Shown here piece by piece: positions 15,077 to 25,383 of a DNA stretch of 64,000 nucleotides; the first letter of the stretch is position 1; the number at the start of each line of letters is the position of its first letter. Below the pieces are notes generated by a model. It saw nothing but the letters and a program-made list of their open reading frames with translations, made no database searches and had not been told where the DNA came from. The position numbers and the translations under genes are program-made. The DNA is from Clostridia bacterium (lineage in GTDB: Bacteria > Bacillota > Clostridia > Christensenellales > DTU072). The DNA lies in NCBI GenBank assembly GCA_017476265.1, contig JAFVAC010000036.1, positions 2,345 through 66,344 of the forward strand, read 5' to 3'.

Positions 15077-17614
15077 ATGACAAAGAAATTACGTTTGATA
15101 TTTGCGGCATTGACGGCGCTGACCATCCTTTTGGCGGCGCTGATCGGACTCGCGCCGGCGCAGGCAGCGCAGGCGGACGGGTTGACGTGGGAGGTCCGCG
15201 TGACCAAGTACGTCAACGCCACCTACGTTGACGTCGGGACCGAGAGCACACTGACCGACGCCTCGAGCATAACCATTCTGATCAAAAACAACGGATCCGC
15301 CGGTGACAATTTCTCCTACTATTCCTCCGCCGAAAAAATCGACACCGACGACTTGAAAAACCGCACCAACGGTTGGTCCGACATCTCCTCTTCCTCCACG
15401 ATGGTCGTGGACGGAGACACCTACCTTTTCGCCAACGAAGCCTTCGGCGGAAAGACCCAGCGGTATTTTTATTTCCGCAGACAGTATTCCGTGGAAGAAA
15501 ACGGAGTCGTTTCGTACAAAAACGAATACTATTCCCGCTACTGGCACGTCGTGGTCAACGCCGATCTGCAGGAGTCCGACCTTGCGATCGAACGGATCGA
15601 CGCGCGCTACAGACGGACGGGCGGGGACTACGAGGAGTACGGCGGCGAGTGGATCGGCGTGGATCTGACCTTCACGGTCACCACCAAATACATGATCGAG
15701 CGAAACGGTGGCGCGTTTGACCCCGGCAGCGAAAAGCTCCGCTATTCCATTGACGGCAAAAACACCGACGACCGCACCAAGGTCTGGATCCCGATGTCAA
15801 AAAACACCGTCTCGATCAAAAACAGCCTTAAGAACGGCAAGGTGGACTTCGAACTGACCGATATCGATCGCAACTTTTTTAAATACTCCACCTACTCCAA
15901 GCGCGTCAACATCGACGCCGAAGAGCCGATCTTTACCGTATCGGCGACGACCAGAGACGCCGGCGGAGAGGAAAAGACGTACAGTAACGGCGAGTGGAGC
16001 TGCGCGGATATATTGTTCACGCTGACCGACCGCTCCGCTTGTATCAGCGACGTGGAGTACTCCGTCTCCACCGACGGGGCGAACTTCGCCCGCATGGAGA
16101 CCGCCAATTACCGCGTCAGTACGACGACCCGCGGACTGAAATTCCGCGCGACCAACCGCGCCGGCGTGATGTACACGGTGGACGCCTCCTATTCGGCGTT
16201 GATCGACGTGGTGCGACCCGGCGTCGCGGTGAGAGGTTTTACGCCCGACCCGGACGAGGAGACCACCCAAAAAGCCATCGTGGACGGCTACGCGAACGGT
16301 TCCGTCACCCTTAACGTCTTCAACAGGGACGTCGCGGGCGATACGGTCACCAATACTTCCGACGTGCGTTGCTACTACCGCGTCAAGGTCAACGACGGGG
16401 AATATTCCTCGGATATGGAAGCGACCAATTACACTTACGACGGAGAAAAGTACTTCATTCTGACCGGCGCCATCGGCAAGAACGTGGTCCTCGAAAAGAG
16501 AGAATACGTCTTCTACTTGGTCAGCGGAGCGGGCTTGAAGAGCAACGAGACGTCCTATACCGTGACTTTGGTCAACTCGGTCTTCGATATCGAGGTGGAG
16601 GAGATCACATACGTCACCAACGCGTCCGGCTGGTCCGCTACGCCCATCGACGTCCGCGTGACCGTGCCGACAGACTCCAGGATCGTCCGCGACTACGAGG
16701 GCAACATCGTCGAGTACTCCGTCCCGACGGCGAAGTACACTTTCGTCTACGCCCCCGTCAATATAAGTGGCGTCTCCTACAAGGCGGAGGGATCTTATTA
16801 CAGCAACGTGGAAGGAGAAGAGGGCAAGTCGGTCTACACCTTCAAGTTGGACGCCAGCGCGGAGTCCGTCTTCACCGTCTACGCTCTGAACGCCGCCGGC
16901 AAGCGGAGCGCATCCACTTTCACCAGTGCGAACGTCATCAAGATCGACACGCAGCAGCCGACCGTTGAGATCACCGGCTACGTCAAAAACGGCGACGTCT
17001 CCGGCGACGACTCGGTGGATCCCATCTATATTTCGAGCGGAACGTGGGTCAACGGCAGAGTCAACCTGACCCTGACCGTAAAAGACGGCGTGTCCGGCGT
17101 ATCGGTGCGCGATATGCACTATGCCGTAGACGGCGCCGGCAATCCCGTCTATGACGCTTACGGCAATATGGTCTGGCAGGAGTCTTCCACGACCCGCCCC
17201 TGGAACGGGCAGCTCAATCAGCCCGACGGGAGCAGATACTTCGTCTACAACGTGGTCGTGGGCGTACCCAATTCCACGGTGACCAAGATGAGCGAGGAGT
17301 ACCGCTTCCGCGTGTATACCGGGTCCGGCGTGTACAAGGACGTGTCCTTCCTGGTCAATATCGACCTCAACACCATTATTTTGGAGCGGGTGGAGTACTC
17401 CTTCGGCGAGATCGAAGGGGACGTCTCGGTCTCGGACAGCGACATCACCACCGCTTCGGTCTGCGCGGACGGCAAAGTGACCCTGTTCTCCAACGAGGCG
17501 CAAAGAGGGCACTTTGACTATTATCTCTACGACGAGACGGCGGAAAACTATGTTTTGGTCGAGAGCAACGAGATCTCCTTCGAGGTCCCGGTAGGCAGGC
17601 GCGGCACGCTGTAA
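15077..17614 (+). CDS. Secreted multi-module surface protein, N-terminal part (ends at the in-frame TAA 17612-17614)
   Basis: RBS AGGTGAGGAATGAGGA. Sec signal peptide MTKKLRLIFAALTALTILLAALIGLAPAQA|AQA. Recurrent module boundaries of the form (I/V)D-x3-P, e.g. VNIDAEEPIF, LIDVVRPGV and IKIDTQQPTV. Confidence 0.8.
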   Translation: MTKKLRLIFAALTALTILLAALIGLAPAQAAQADGLTWEVRVTKYVNATYVDVGTESTLTDASSITILIKNNGSAGDNFSYYSSAEKIDTDDLKNRTNGWSDISSSSTMVVDGDTYLFANEAFGGKTQRYFYFRRQYSVEENGVVSYKNEYYSRYWHVVVNADLQESDLAIERIDARYRRTGGDYEEYGGEWIGVDLTFTVTTKYMIERNGGAFDPGSEKLRYSIDGKNTDDRTKVWIPMSKNTVSIKNSLKNGKVDFELTDIDRNFFKYSTYSKRVNIDAEEPIFTVSATTRDAGGEEKTYSNGEWSCADILFTLTDRSACISDVEYSVSTDGANFARMETANYRVSTTTRGLKFRATNRAGVMYTVDASYSALIDVVRPGVAVRGFTPDPDEETTQKAIVDGYANGSVTLNVFNRDVAGDTVTNTSDVRCYYRVKVNDGEYSSDMEATNYTYDGEKYFILTGAIGKNVVLEKREYVFYLVSGAGLKSNETSYTVTLVNSVFDIEVEEITYVTNASGWSATPIDVRVTVPTDSRIVRDYEGNIVEYSVPTAKYTFVYAPVNISGVSYKAEGSYYSNVEGEEGKSVYTFKLDASAESVFTVYALNAAGKRSASTFTSANVIKIDTQQPTVEITGYVKNGDVSGDDSVDPIYISSGTWVNGRVNLTLTVKDGVSGVSVRDMHYAVDGAGNPVYDAYGNMVWQESSTTRPWNGQLNQPDGSRYFVYNVVVGVPNSTVTKMSEEYRFRVYTGSGVYKDVSFLVNIDLNTIILERVEYSFGEIEGDVSVSDSDITTASVCADGKVTLFSNEAQRGHFDYYLYDETAENYVLVESNEISFEVPVGRRGTL

Positions 17615-17752
17615 AAGCGACTGTACCTCGTCAGCCGCGCCATCGACTATCTGGGCGGCAAGTACACGACCGACATTGCGTATCCGTACATCATCCGCGT
17701 CCCCTACAACACCCTCAACATCTCCATCGAACGTAGCATCGTCAAGGACGGC

Positions 17753-20700
17753 GTGATCGGGGAAGACGACGACTGGGTGGACAGCGACGTGACCGTGCAG
17801 GTAAAACTGCTCGCCAACGACCTCGGCGGCGCGAGCGAACTGTCCAGCGCCGACAAAAACAAATATTCTTATTACTATATGTTGATCGCGGCGGCGGACT
17901 CCGCCGACCTCAACGCCGCCATCAAGGGAGGCGAATGGGTACTCGCGGACAACGGTTCTTACGACGGCACCAACGCTTTCGTCTTCACGGTCAAGTTCAC
18001 CAATACCAGCTTCTACGGTTATCTGGCGCTCAGCGTCACCAATGAAGCGGGCTTCCGCTCCGCCGACGGCGGCGATATGGCGACTCTTCTGAAGATCGAC
18101 CGTACCACGCCGAGCATCACCGATATGATCGCGGTCACGGCGGGGACCAACGAGGACAACCTGACCGGGGAGTATCATACCGTAACCTACAACTCCAAAG
18201 ACGACGTGATCCTGACGCCTAAGCGGTTCGAGGACCGTTCGTCGATCTACTACTTCTATGCGGAGATGTCGGAGTCCGGCGTCAAACCCGTCACCGAAAA
18301 TCCGGAGCGGACGGAGGACGGCTGGGAGTTGCACGGCTGGACCCGTCTGACGGGGGACACCGCTTTGACCGCGCCGGAAGGCTTTGCGCGGCACTACTAT
18401 CTCCTGTACGCCATTAACGAACTGGGCAAGTACGCCGGCGGACTGACCGCAAGCGGAGACCTCGCCACGCAGTACGAGTTCGTGATAGACTCTTTTGCCA
18501 TGACCGGCAATCTGACCTACAAGGAGTCGGAAGGGGGCTACTTTGACTCCTCCCTCAATATGTACACCTATATGTGGGAGAAAGAGGCGGTCATCACCCT
18601 CTACGTCGAGGGGAGCAACACCCGAGTCAAATATATGTACAGCGTCGACGACGGTGCGACGTGGGAAGAGTATCACGAGTCCGACGGAATAGCCGTCTAC
18701 TATGACCCGGGGTACAAAAACGCTAAAGCGTTGCGGTTCGACGAGCATTACTTCCCCGAGGGGATCAACGGCGCCTTCACCTTCAAGGCGGTCAACAAGG
18801 CGGGCACGGAATACATCTACGATCAAAAGATATACATCGCCATCGATACGGTGGTGCCCGACTTTGAGATCATCACGACGGTGGACAGCGTGGAGTACCA
18901 TAGCGAACGGTTGACGCTGGTCCTGTCCGACAAGAGCGCGGCGGAGTGGTCCAGCAAGCCCGTCACGATCACCATCAATATGCTCAACCTCAACAAGTCC
19001 GGCGTTCGTCTGACCTACACTTTGCAGTACATGGTCAACAACACCGAGATGCCGGAGACCGAGGAAAGAGAGTTGCCTTCCTATACGTCCTTTACGACCG
19101 ATAGGCTGGACGGCTTCGGCAAAAACAGGGACGCCATCATCACGATCTATGCGACCAGTCGCGCCGACGGGACCAAGCGCACACAGCACAAAGTCCGCGT
19201 CAAAGTGGACCAGATCGTGCCGGTGTTTACGCTGACGGGACACGCCTCCGACGACGACTCCAGCGAGGCAAAACTCATCGAGAGCGGGCAGTGGACCAAC
19301 CGCCGCCGCGTCACCGTGTCAAAGGCGTCCAGCCCCGACTACGTCAACGTGTCCGGCGTCTCCTACCGCTACAAGTACAGCGACCTGGAGAGTACGGGCG
19401 TGACGGAGTACAACTGGCCGGACAGCAATCCGTACTTTGAAAAGATCTGCTCGATCGAAGTGACCGCGACGACCGAGGCGGGACTGACCTACACCCAAGT
19501 CTTCGACGTCAATATCGACACCATCGCTCCGGTCATTAAGTTTATGTCCAACATCACCGTCGTCGAGTACGAAAAGCACTACATCGACCTCAAAGTGTAC
19601 GTTGAGGAAGAGAACATCGACATCTGCGAGTACATCACGACCAAAGGGGAGACGAGAGGGTTCGCCCTCGACCCGACGGGCTACGTCATTTCGACCAGCA
19701 GCGTGGACAACACCGTCAAAAACGATCCCGCGGACAACAACAGCGAGTACCGCGGTTACGTCAAGATCTACGTCAAGGACTACGCCGGCAACGAGGCTAC
19801 TTTCGAGTTCTATATGTTGCCTTTCGCCCTCGACGTCAACAACGTCACCCTTTCCGACGCCGATCGTCGAACGGTAGACAAGTACGAAGAGGACCTGAAC
19901 GAGGCGGAGACCTATATGGAGGCAAGCCGCGTGGTCTACTTCCGGAATCTCATCTCCCGTCTGCGCGACCGCATTCACACGTTGGAAAACGAGATCGACA
20001 CCTACCGCGCCTATCTTGAGAGACTGGCGCAGAGGACCAGCTTCGAATTGCGCTCCGACTATGCCGAGATGTACAGCTATCTGGAGACCTACAACAACTA
20101 TCGCCTGTACGGGCAAGGATGGATCCAGGACGCCATCAAGGGCGACAGCGGCAGCAAGTATTACGGCTATTTCCAGAACTTGGAGAACGTATTCAAGGAC
20201 CTCCAGGGCAAGATGAAGAACGTGTTCTCGGTGGAGGACGAGACGAGGTTGCTCCCGGCGATCAATATGGTCACCGCCGCCGAGTACACCAAAGTGCTCA
20301 ACGTGTACGCGCACTATCTCGATCTGACGAGCGACCAAAAGGCGTGCTTTAACAGCAATCTGTACGCGAAGTTGCTCGATCTGAAGAAGAAGTGCGAAGT
20401 GATGCTTCTGTCCGACGAAAAGACCGGCATCAGTTTGGACGCCGAGTTCGCGCCCGGCGCCAGAATACAGGTCGAGACCTTCTCGAACGAGTCGGAGTAC
20501 TTCACCAACGCGCAGCAGGCGCTCATGAACACCATCACCGAAAACGAGGCGCGGGCAGTCGTGTCCATCTACCGTATTGGCTTGCGCGGAGAGGCGAGCC
20601 AGACCAACACCGGAGAGGTCACCGTCAATATGCCGATCCCCGAGGACTATCAGCAATATATCCGCTTCGCCGTCTACAAGATGGGCGTGGACGGGACCAT

Positions 20701-21091
20701 CACCAAAGTAGAGAATATGCAGATCGAGGGCGACGGTCAGTCGGTCACCTTCGTAGCGGACGAGTTGTCCACCTTCGTCTTGGCGGCGAGAGCCAATATT
20801 CAGCAGTCGCAAGGCAGCGAGGACAACTACGGCAAGTTCCTCGGGTTGGATATCGACACGACGATGATACGGACCTTCCTCATCATCGGAGCGGTCCTGC
20901 TCGGTTTGCTCTTGGTCATTGTGATCATCGCCGGACTGCGCCACCGCCGCTTCCTCAACACCTACAACCGCGCGTACAGGAGCGGGATCTACCGTCGGGG
21001 CATACAGAACATCCCGAAGGGCAACACCGTCCCCAGGCGCAATCCCATGTCGCCCAACGATCGTGTGAGAGACAACAAGGGACCGTATTAA
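17753..21091 (+). CDS. Continuation of the same surface protein, in the same frame as 15077-17614, with a C-terminal TM anchor
   Basis: The frame is open from 17615, directly after the TAA, and the first start-like codon is GTG 17753. The same (I/V)D-x3-P modules continue: LKIDRTTPSI, IAIDTVVPDF, VKVDQIVPVF and VNIDTIAPVI. There is a C-terminal TM segment FLIIGAVLLGLLLVIVIIAGL plus a basic tail, but no signal peptide of its own. Confidence 0.7.
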   Translation: MIGEDDDWVDSDVTVQVKLLANDLGGASELSSADKNKYSYYYMLIAAADSADLNAAIKGGEWVLADNGSYDGTNAFVFTVKFTNTSFYGYLALSVTNEAGFRSADGGDMATLLKIDRTTPSITDMIAVTAGTNEDNLTGEYHTVTYNSKDDVILTPKRFEDRSSIYYFYAEMSESGVKPVTENPERTEDGWELHGWTRLTGDTALTAPEGFARHYYLLYAINELGKYAGGLTASGDLATQYEFVIDSFAMTGNLTYKESEGGYFDSSLNMYTYMWEKEAVITLYVEGSNTRVKYMYSVDDGATWEEYHESDGIAVYYDPGYKNAKALRFDEHYFPEGINGAFTFKAVNKAGTEYIYDQKIYIAIDTVVPDFEIITTVDSVEYHSERLTLVLSDKSAAEWSSKPVTITINMLNLNKSGVRLTYTLQYMVNNTEMPETEERELPSYTSFTTDRLDGFGKNRDAIITIYATSRADGTKRTQHKVRVKVDQIVPVFTLTGHASDDDSSEAKLIESGQWTNRRRVTVSKASSPDYVNVSGVSYRYKYSDLESTGVTEYNWPDSNPYFEKICSIEVTATTEAGLTYTQVFDVNIDTIAPVIKFMSNITVVEYEKHYIDLKVYVEEENIDICEYITTKGETRGFALDPTGYVISTSSVDNTVKNDPADNNSEYRGYVKIYVKDYAGNEATFEFYMLPFALDVNNVTLSDADRRTVDKYEEDLNEAETYMEASRVVYFRNLISRLRDRIHTLENEIDTYRAYLERLAQRTSFELRSDYAEMYSYLETYNNYRLYGQGWIQDAIKGDSGSKYYGYFQNLENVFKDLQGKMKNVFSVEDETRLLPAINMVTAAEYTKVLNVYAHYLDLTSDQKACFNSNLYAKLLDLKKKCEVMLLSDEKTGISLDAEFAPGARIQVETFSNESEYFTNAQQALMNTITENEARAVVSIYRIGLRGEASQTNTGEVTVNMPIPEDYQQYIRFAVYKMGVDGTITKVENMQIEGDGQSVTFVADELSTFVLAARANIQQSQGSEDNYGKFLGLDIDTTMIRTFLIIGAVLLGLLLVIVIIAGLRHRRFLNTYNRAYRSGIYRRGIQNIPKGNTVPRRNPMSPNDRVRDNKGPY

Positions 21092-21111
21092 GAAATATAT
21101 ATATGGATAGA

Positions 21112-21148
21112 AGCGAGCGGGTGAGTCCGCTCGCTTGACGATTTTTTT
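21112..21148 (+). terminator. Terminator candidate after the surface-protein gene
   Basis: AGCGAGCGG-gtgagt-CCGCTCGCT stem, with a T7 run starting 7 nt later. Confidence 0.45.
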
Positions 21149-21162
21149 CGGGGGAAAGTACA

Positions 21163-22479
21163 ATGTGCCTCTTTGGCTATCGGAAAAAGATGCTGCAACA
21201 GCAGAAAGAAGCGACCGAACAGATCCGTCTGATGACCGATCTCGTCAAAGCGATGGAAGAAAAGGTCGCGGAGGCGGAGAGAAAGCTCTCCGATCTGGAA
21301 AAAAACCGCGCCGCCGACCGCGAGGCGGTCACCGCGGCGATCAGCACCTCCAACGCCGCATTGGCGACGGGTGTGCAGGGACAGATGGAACTGGTCCGCG
21401 CCGGCATCAAGGACAATATGGACGTCGTGGTGGGCACCGTCAAGACCCTTTCGGACGTCAATTCCGCCAAGATCGGCGAAATGAAGACCGACCTCAACCG
21501 AAATCTGACCGAGATCAGGCAGAACACCGAAAAGAGCCTCAAAGACGTCCGCGAAGACAACGAAAAACAGTTGTCCGAAATGCGGAAGGTGGTGGAGGAC
21601 AAGTTGACCGGCACGCTCAACGAGCGTCTGAATCAGACCTTCGGACAGATCAACGAGCGTCTGGACGCCGTCAACAAGGGACTGGGTGAAATGCAAGCCC
21701 TCTCCGGCAGCGTGACCGATCTGAAAAAGGTCTTAGGCAACGTCAAGACCCGCGGAATGTGGGGCGAGGTCAGTCTGGAGAATCTGCTCGACGGCATTCT
21801 CACGCGCGAGCAATACGTCATCCAGCAGAACGTCTCGGGCAAAAAGAACGCCGAGCGGGTGGACTTTGCGGTCGTCCTGCCCGGCAGCAAAGGCAACGAC
21901 AAAGTGTACTTGCCCATCGACGTGAAGTTTCCCATCGAGGACTATCAGAGACTGGTCGAGACGAGCGAGCAAGGGGACAAGGAGCGCGCGGACGCGTATG
22001 CGAAAGCGCTTGTGGACGCCGTCAAGACGCAGGCAAAGTCCATCTCCGACAAGTACCTCAACCCGCCGCACACGACGGATTTTGCCGTGATGTATCTGCC
22101 GATCGAGGGACTGTACGCCGAGATCGTCCGCAATCCGGGACTGGTGGAAGAGTTGCAGTCAAAATACAAGATCCTGCCCGCCGGACCGACGACGATCAGC
22201 GCGCTTCTGAACAGCTTGCAGATGGGCTTTAAGACCCTCGCCATACAGAAGTCGAGCCGGGAGGTCTTTAATCTGCTCGCCGCGTTCAGGAAGGACTTCG
22301 GCAAGTACGTCTCCGATATAGAGCGGGCGCAAAAGAACGCCGAAGGCGTCAACAAGGCGCTGGAAGAAGCGTCCAAGCGCAACGATATGATCATGAAAAA
22401 ACTGGACAAAGTAGAAAAAATGGACGTGCCGGACCCGGATCTGACGATCGGGATCGGCGGCGGAACGGAGGGACTATGA
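21163..22479 (+). CDS. rmuC: DNA recombination protein RmuC
   Basis: A long N-terminal coiled coil is followed by the RmuC core: VDFAVVLPG..KVYLPIDVKFPIEDYQRL and DFAVMYLPIEGLYAEI. GGGGGAAAG lies upstream of the ATG. Confidence 0.85.
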   Translation: MCLFGYRKKMLQQQKEATEQIRLMTDLVKAMEEKVAEAERKLSDLEKNRAADREAVTAAISTSNAALATGVQGQMELVRAGIKDNMDVVVGTVKTLSDVNSAKIGEMKTDLNRNLTEIRQNTEKSLKDVREDNEKQLSEMRKVVEDKLTGTLNERLNQTFGQINERLDAVNKGLGEMQALSGSVTDLKKVLGNVKTRGMWGEVSLENLLDGILTREQYVIQQNVSGKKNAERVDFAVVLPGSKGNDKVYLPIDVKFPIEDYQRLVETSEQGDKERADAYAKALVDAVKTQAKSISDKYLNPPHTTDFAVMYLPIEGLYAEIVRNPGLVEELQSKYKILPAGPTTISALLNSLQMGFKTLAIQKSSREVFNLLAAFRKDFGKYVSDIERAQKNAEGVNKALEEASKRNDMIMKKLDKVEKMDVPDPDLTIGIGGGTEGL

Positions 22480-25307
22480 AAAAGATTCTGAAGGTCATTC
22501 TTTTGGCGGCGGTGCTGACTCTCGCACTTGCGTGCGCCGCGTGCGGACTCACCGGGTTCATCTCCTCGAGAGAGGGCACGGTGACGGGCACCGACTACAA
22601 GGTCACTGTCAGCCTTGACGGCGGCAAAGGCGTCACGGCAAAAGACTTTGTTTCGGGATCCAAACTGGTAGAACCGGTAGCTCAACCGACCAAAGACAGA
22701 TACGTTTTCGACGGTTGGTATGCGGACGCGGAACGCAATGAAAAGATCAAGTTTAACGTTACGATCACGTCCGACGTCAAGATCTACGCCAAGTGGACGC
22801 CGAAAGCGTCCGAGGCGACGTTCGTGTTCGGTGCGGGGATAGAATCCGTCACGGTGGTCGCAGAGGAGAACAAGTATTCTCCGCCGACGACTCCGGAGCG
22901 GCTTGGGTACACGCTCGTCGGATGGTACACCGACAATACCCTCCGGGAGGAAGCGGACTTTGACCAAGTGGCGGTGGACGGCGCCACCTTCTACGCCGAC
23001 TGGTCGGCAATCGAGTACAAGGTGACCTACGACTTCGACGGACTCGGAACGGCGGGCGCTGGGACGGTCACGACCTATACCGTTGAGGACTCTTTCCGAC
23101 TGGTAGAGCCGACCGTCGTCGAGTCCGGATATGAGTTCTTGCACTGGACGGACGAGGAAGGGGAAGAGCAGTATTCGGTCGCAAAAGGCACCGTCGGCGA
23201 CAAGGCGTACAAGGCGATCTATTTGTCCCACAACAATACCGTAGACGCCCTTGACAGGGTCGGCGGACTGATTTCAAGCGACGCCGTGACCATCGGCGTG
23301 CGTTACACCACGACCGCTATCAACCCGTACGAGATCCTCTCCGTGGACGAACGCGCCACCGTAGAGATATATGACGGAGAGACGCTTTTGGCAAACGAAA
23401 AGGTCGCGCTCAACGTCGGTACCAAGAATTATACCTTGAAGATCACCGCCGAAGCGGGGGAGAAGAAGGAGTACACTCTTTCGGTCACCCGCTATGACGA
23501 GGGGAGCGCGATCGTCCGCTTCTACTTCCCGGACGAAACCTTTGAGGAAAAAGCGGTCGAGATCGGCGGTACGGTCAGCGCGCCGGAAGCCAAGTCGATC
23601 CTCGCGTATGCTTTCGCCGGGTGGTATAAGGAGTCCGCGTACAAGAACTATTATCACTTTGAGGACGCGGTCGTGGAGGATATCGACCTCTACGCCAAGT
23701 ATATCCCCGTCGTCTATAGCGTCTCGTACCACTTCGGGATCGGTTCCGCACCCGCGACGTATGCGCAGAGCTATACTTATGAGACGGGCGTAACGCTTGC
23801 CGCGCCGAGCGCTCCGAGCGGATACGAATTCGCCGGGTACGTCGATGAAGACGGTTTGGATATCAGCGCGATCCCCGTCGGCTACTACGGCGACGTAGAG
23901 GTCTACGCAAAATACAATCGCATAGGCGTGGACTTTTTGACGGCAAGTTACACTGCCGACAATCAGCCTCTCACCAAGGAGGAATTGACCGACTACATCA
24001 ACTGGGCGGTCGCCTATCGCTATACGACGGTGACGTTTGAATTGACGGACGAGACGACGCATACCGAACTGTCCGAGGTACTGAATCTCAAGGGCGTGAC
24101 CGTCCTCAACTCTTCGGTATCGATGCATTCCGATTCCTATTCTTACAATCCGACCACGGGAGTCGTTACGACGCCGGTTACGGTACACTTCACCTATGTG
24201 GAGCCCGCCAAAGCCGCGGCGGAAGAGGACGCGTATACGCAGCTGGGGTACTATGCCCACGACGCCTACACCTCGAAGAGAGCGAATGACTTTGACGACT
24301 TCAAGATCGAGTCCATAGCGACCGGCGTGTCGGTCGAAAACAGTGATCAACTGGTCTATGCGACGATGAGTGGCTATCGCCCGGTGCCCGTAGCGGACAG
24401 CCCTGCCGAAGCGATGTACGCCGCGGCGAAGGCGGTACTGCGACAGATCGTAGACGACGATATGACCGATATAGAAAAGGCGCACGCCATCTACGACTGG
24501 CTCATCGACTACGTCGTGTACGACCATGATCTGGCGTACGTCGTGCCCGCTACCATTGCGGAAGAAAGGAATGCCCTTGTGACGGAATATAACAATATGT
24601 CCGAGGGCACCGAAAAAGAGGAAAAACGTAAAGAGATCGACGCAAAGGACAGAGAAATAAAGACGTACAAGGGCTTCTATCTCGAGGGCGTCTTCGTCGA
24701 TCGCCGCGCCGTCTGCGACGGTATATCCAAAGCGTATGCGCTCCTCTGCAACATAGAAGGGATCGAGTGCGTCCAGGTCACCGGATATGCTTGGAAAACG
24801 GACGAGAACAGAGAGTTCGTCCTCGACGCGCAAGGCAACAAGGTCCAAGGGACCGGACACGCCTGGAACAAGATCAAAATAAACGGCTTTTGGTTCGTCG
24901 TCGATCCCACGCACGGAGGCACCGTCATCAGCAGTATGGAGGTCCTGAACCACGGTTACTTCTTCATCACCGACGCCGAAAGAGACGTCACCGCCAGAGC
25001 GACGGACCACACCGACCTCGTCGCCGATATGACGTACGAAGCCTACGAAAATATCACGTTCACTTTCGACGAGAAGGAGTACGATATGGTCGTAGAGAGT
25101 CGGGCGGAATTACGCGTCGTCCTCGAATACCTGTCGTATCTCAAGAAGACCTATGGCAATGGACAGACGCTCGACGTGCGAATGGACTATGCCTATGAAG
25201 ATATCGGTTCCGAACTGAGTGCCGCGGCGGCGGGTACCGGGCTGTCGTATTCCTACTCCGGCGGAGCGAAACGAGGGGACGTCCTCATACTGATCGTAGT
25301 GGAATAA
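22476..25307 (+). CDS. Lipoprotein with multiple Flg_new (Listeria-Bacteroides) repeats and a C-terminal transglutaminase-like cysteine-protease core
   Basis: The ATG overlaps the rmuC stop (ATGA). Signal peptide MKKILKVILLAAVLTLALACAAC. Repeat signatures are YVFDGWY, YTLVGWY, YEFLHWT, YAFAGWY and YEFAGYV. The transglutaminase-like core reads RRAVCDGISKAYALLCN..GHAWNKIKINGFWFVVDPTHG, a C..H..D arrangement. Confidence 0.85.
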   Translation: MKKILKVILLAAVLTLALACAACGLTGFISSREGTVTGTDYKVTVSLDGGKGVTAKDFVSGSKLVEPVAQPTKDRYVFDGWYADAERNEKIKFNVTITSDVKIYAKWTPKASEATFVFGAGIESVTVVAEENKYSPPTTPERLGYTLVGWYTDNTLREEADFDQVAVDGATFYADWSAIEYKVTYDFDGLGTAGAGTVTTYTVEDSFRLVEPTVVESGYEFLHWTDEEGEEQYSVAKGTVGDKAYKAIYLSHNNTVDALDRVGGLISSDAVTIGVRYTTTAINPYEILSVDERATVEIYDGETLLANEKVALNVGTKNYTLKITAEAGEKKEYTLSVTRYDEGSAIVRFYFPDETFEEKAVEIGGTVSAPEAKSILAYAFAGWYKESAYKNYYHFEDAVVEDIDLYAKYIPVVYSVSYHFGIGSAPATYAQSYTYETGVTLAAPSAPSGYEFAGYVDEDGLDISAIPVGYYGDVEVYAKYNRIGVDFLTASYTADNQPLTKEELTDYINWAVAYRYTTVTFELTDETTHTELSEVLNLKGVTVLNSSVSMHSDSYSYNPTTGVVTTPVTVHFTYVEPAKAAAEEDAYTQLGYYAHDAYTSKRANDFDDFKIESIATGVSVENSDQLVYATMSGYRPVPVADSPAEAMYAAAKAVLRQIVDDDMTDIEKAHAIYDWLIDYVVYDHDLAYVVPATIAEERNALVTEYNNMSEGTEKEEKRKEIDAKDREIKTYKGFYLEGVFVDRRAVCDGISKAYALLCNIEGIECVQVTGYAWKTDENREFVLDAQGNKVQGTGHAWNKIKINGFWFVVDPTHGGTVISSMEVLNHGYFFITDAERDVTARATDHTDLVADMTYEAYENITFTFDEKEYDMVVESRAELRVVLEYLSYLKKTYGNGQTLDVRMDYAYEDIGSELSAAAAGTGLSYSYSGGAKRGDVLILIVVE

Positions 25308-25324
25308 CGGAGCGAGAGTAAAAA

Positions 25325-25363
25325 AGGGCTGTTAAGAAACACGTTCTTAACAGCCCTTTTTTC
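25325..25363. terminator. Bidirectional terminator candidate between convergent genes
   Basis: AGGGCTGTTAAGAA-acacg-TTCTTAACAGCCCT (14-bp perfect stem), flanked by AAAAA upstream and TTTTTT downstream. Confidence 0.7.
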
Positions 25364-25383
25364 ATGGGATGAAAGACAAGGAA

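Noticed and set aside
15797-19243. Very long antisense ORFs nested in the large + strand genes. Examples: 15797-19243 (1148 aa), 19319-21163, 23274-25010, 33859-35283, 35353-37302, 37849-39165, 39598-41649, 44871-46244, 47889-50165, 51000-52235, 54606-56276.
   Set aside because: They lie entirely antisense to ORFs that carry recognisable signal peptides and domains. Their translations are monotonous Val/Asp/Gly/Arg/His-rich with no motifs or start-site context. Such shadow ORFs are expected opposite strongly GC3-biased coding sequence.
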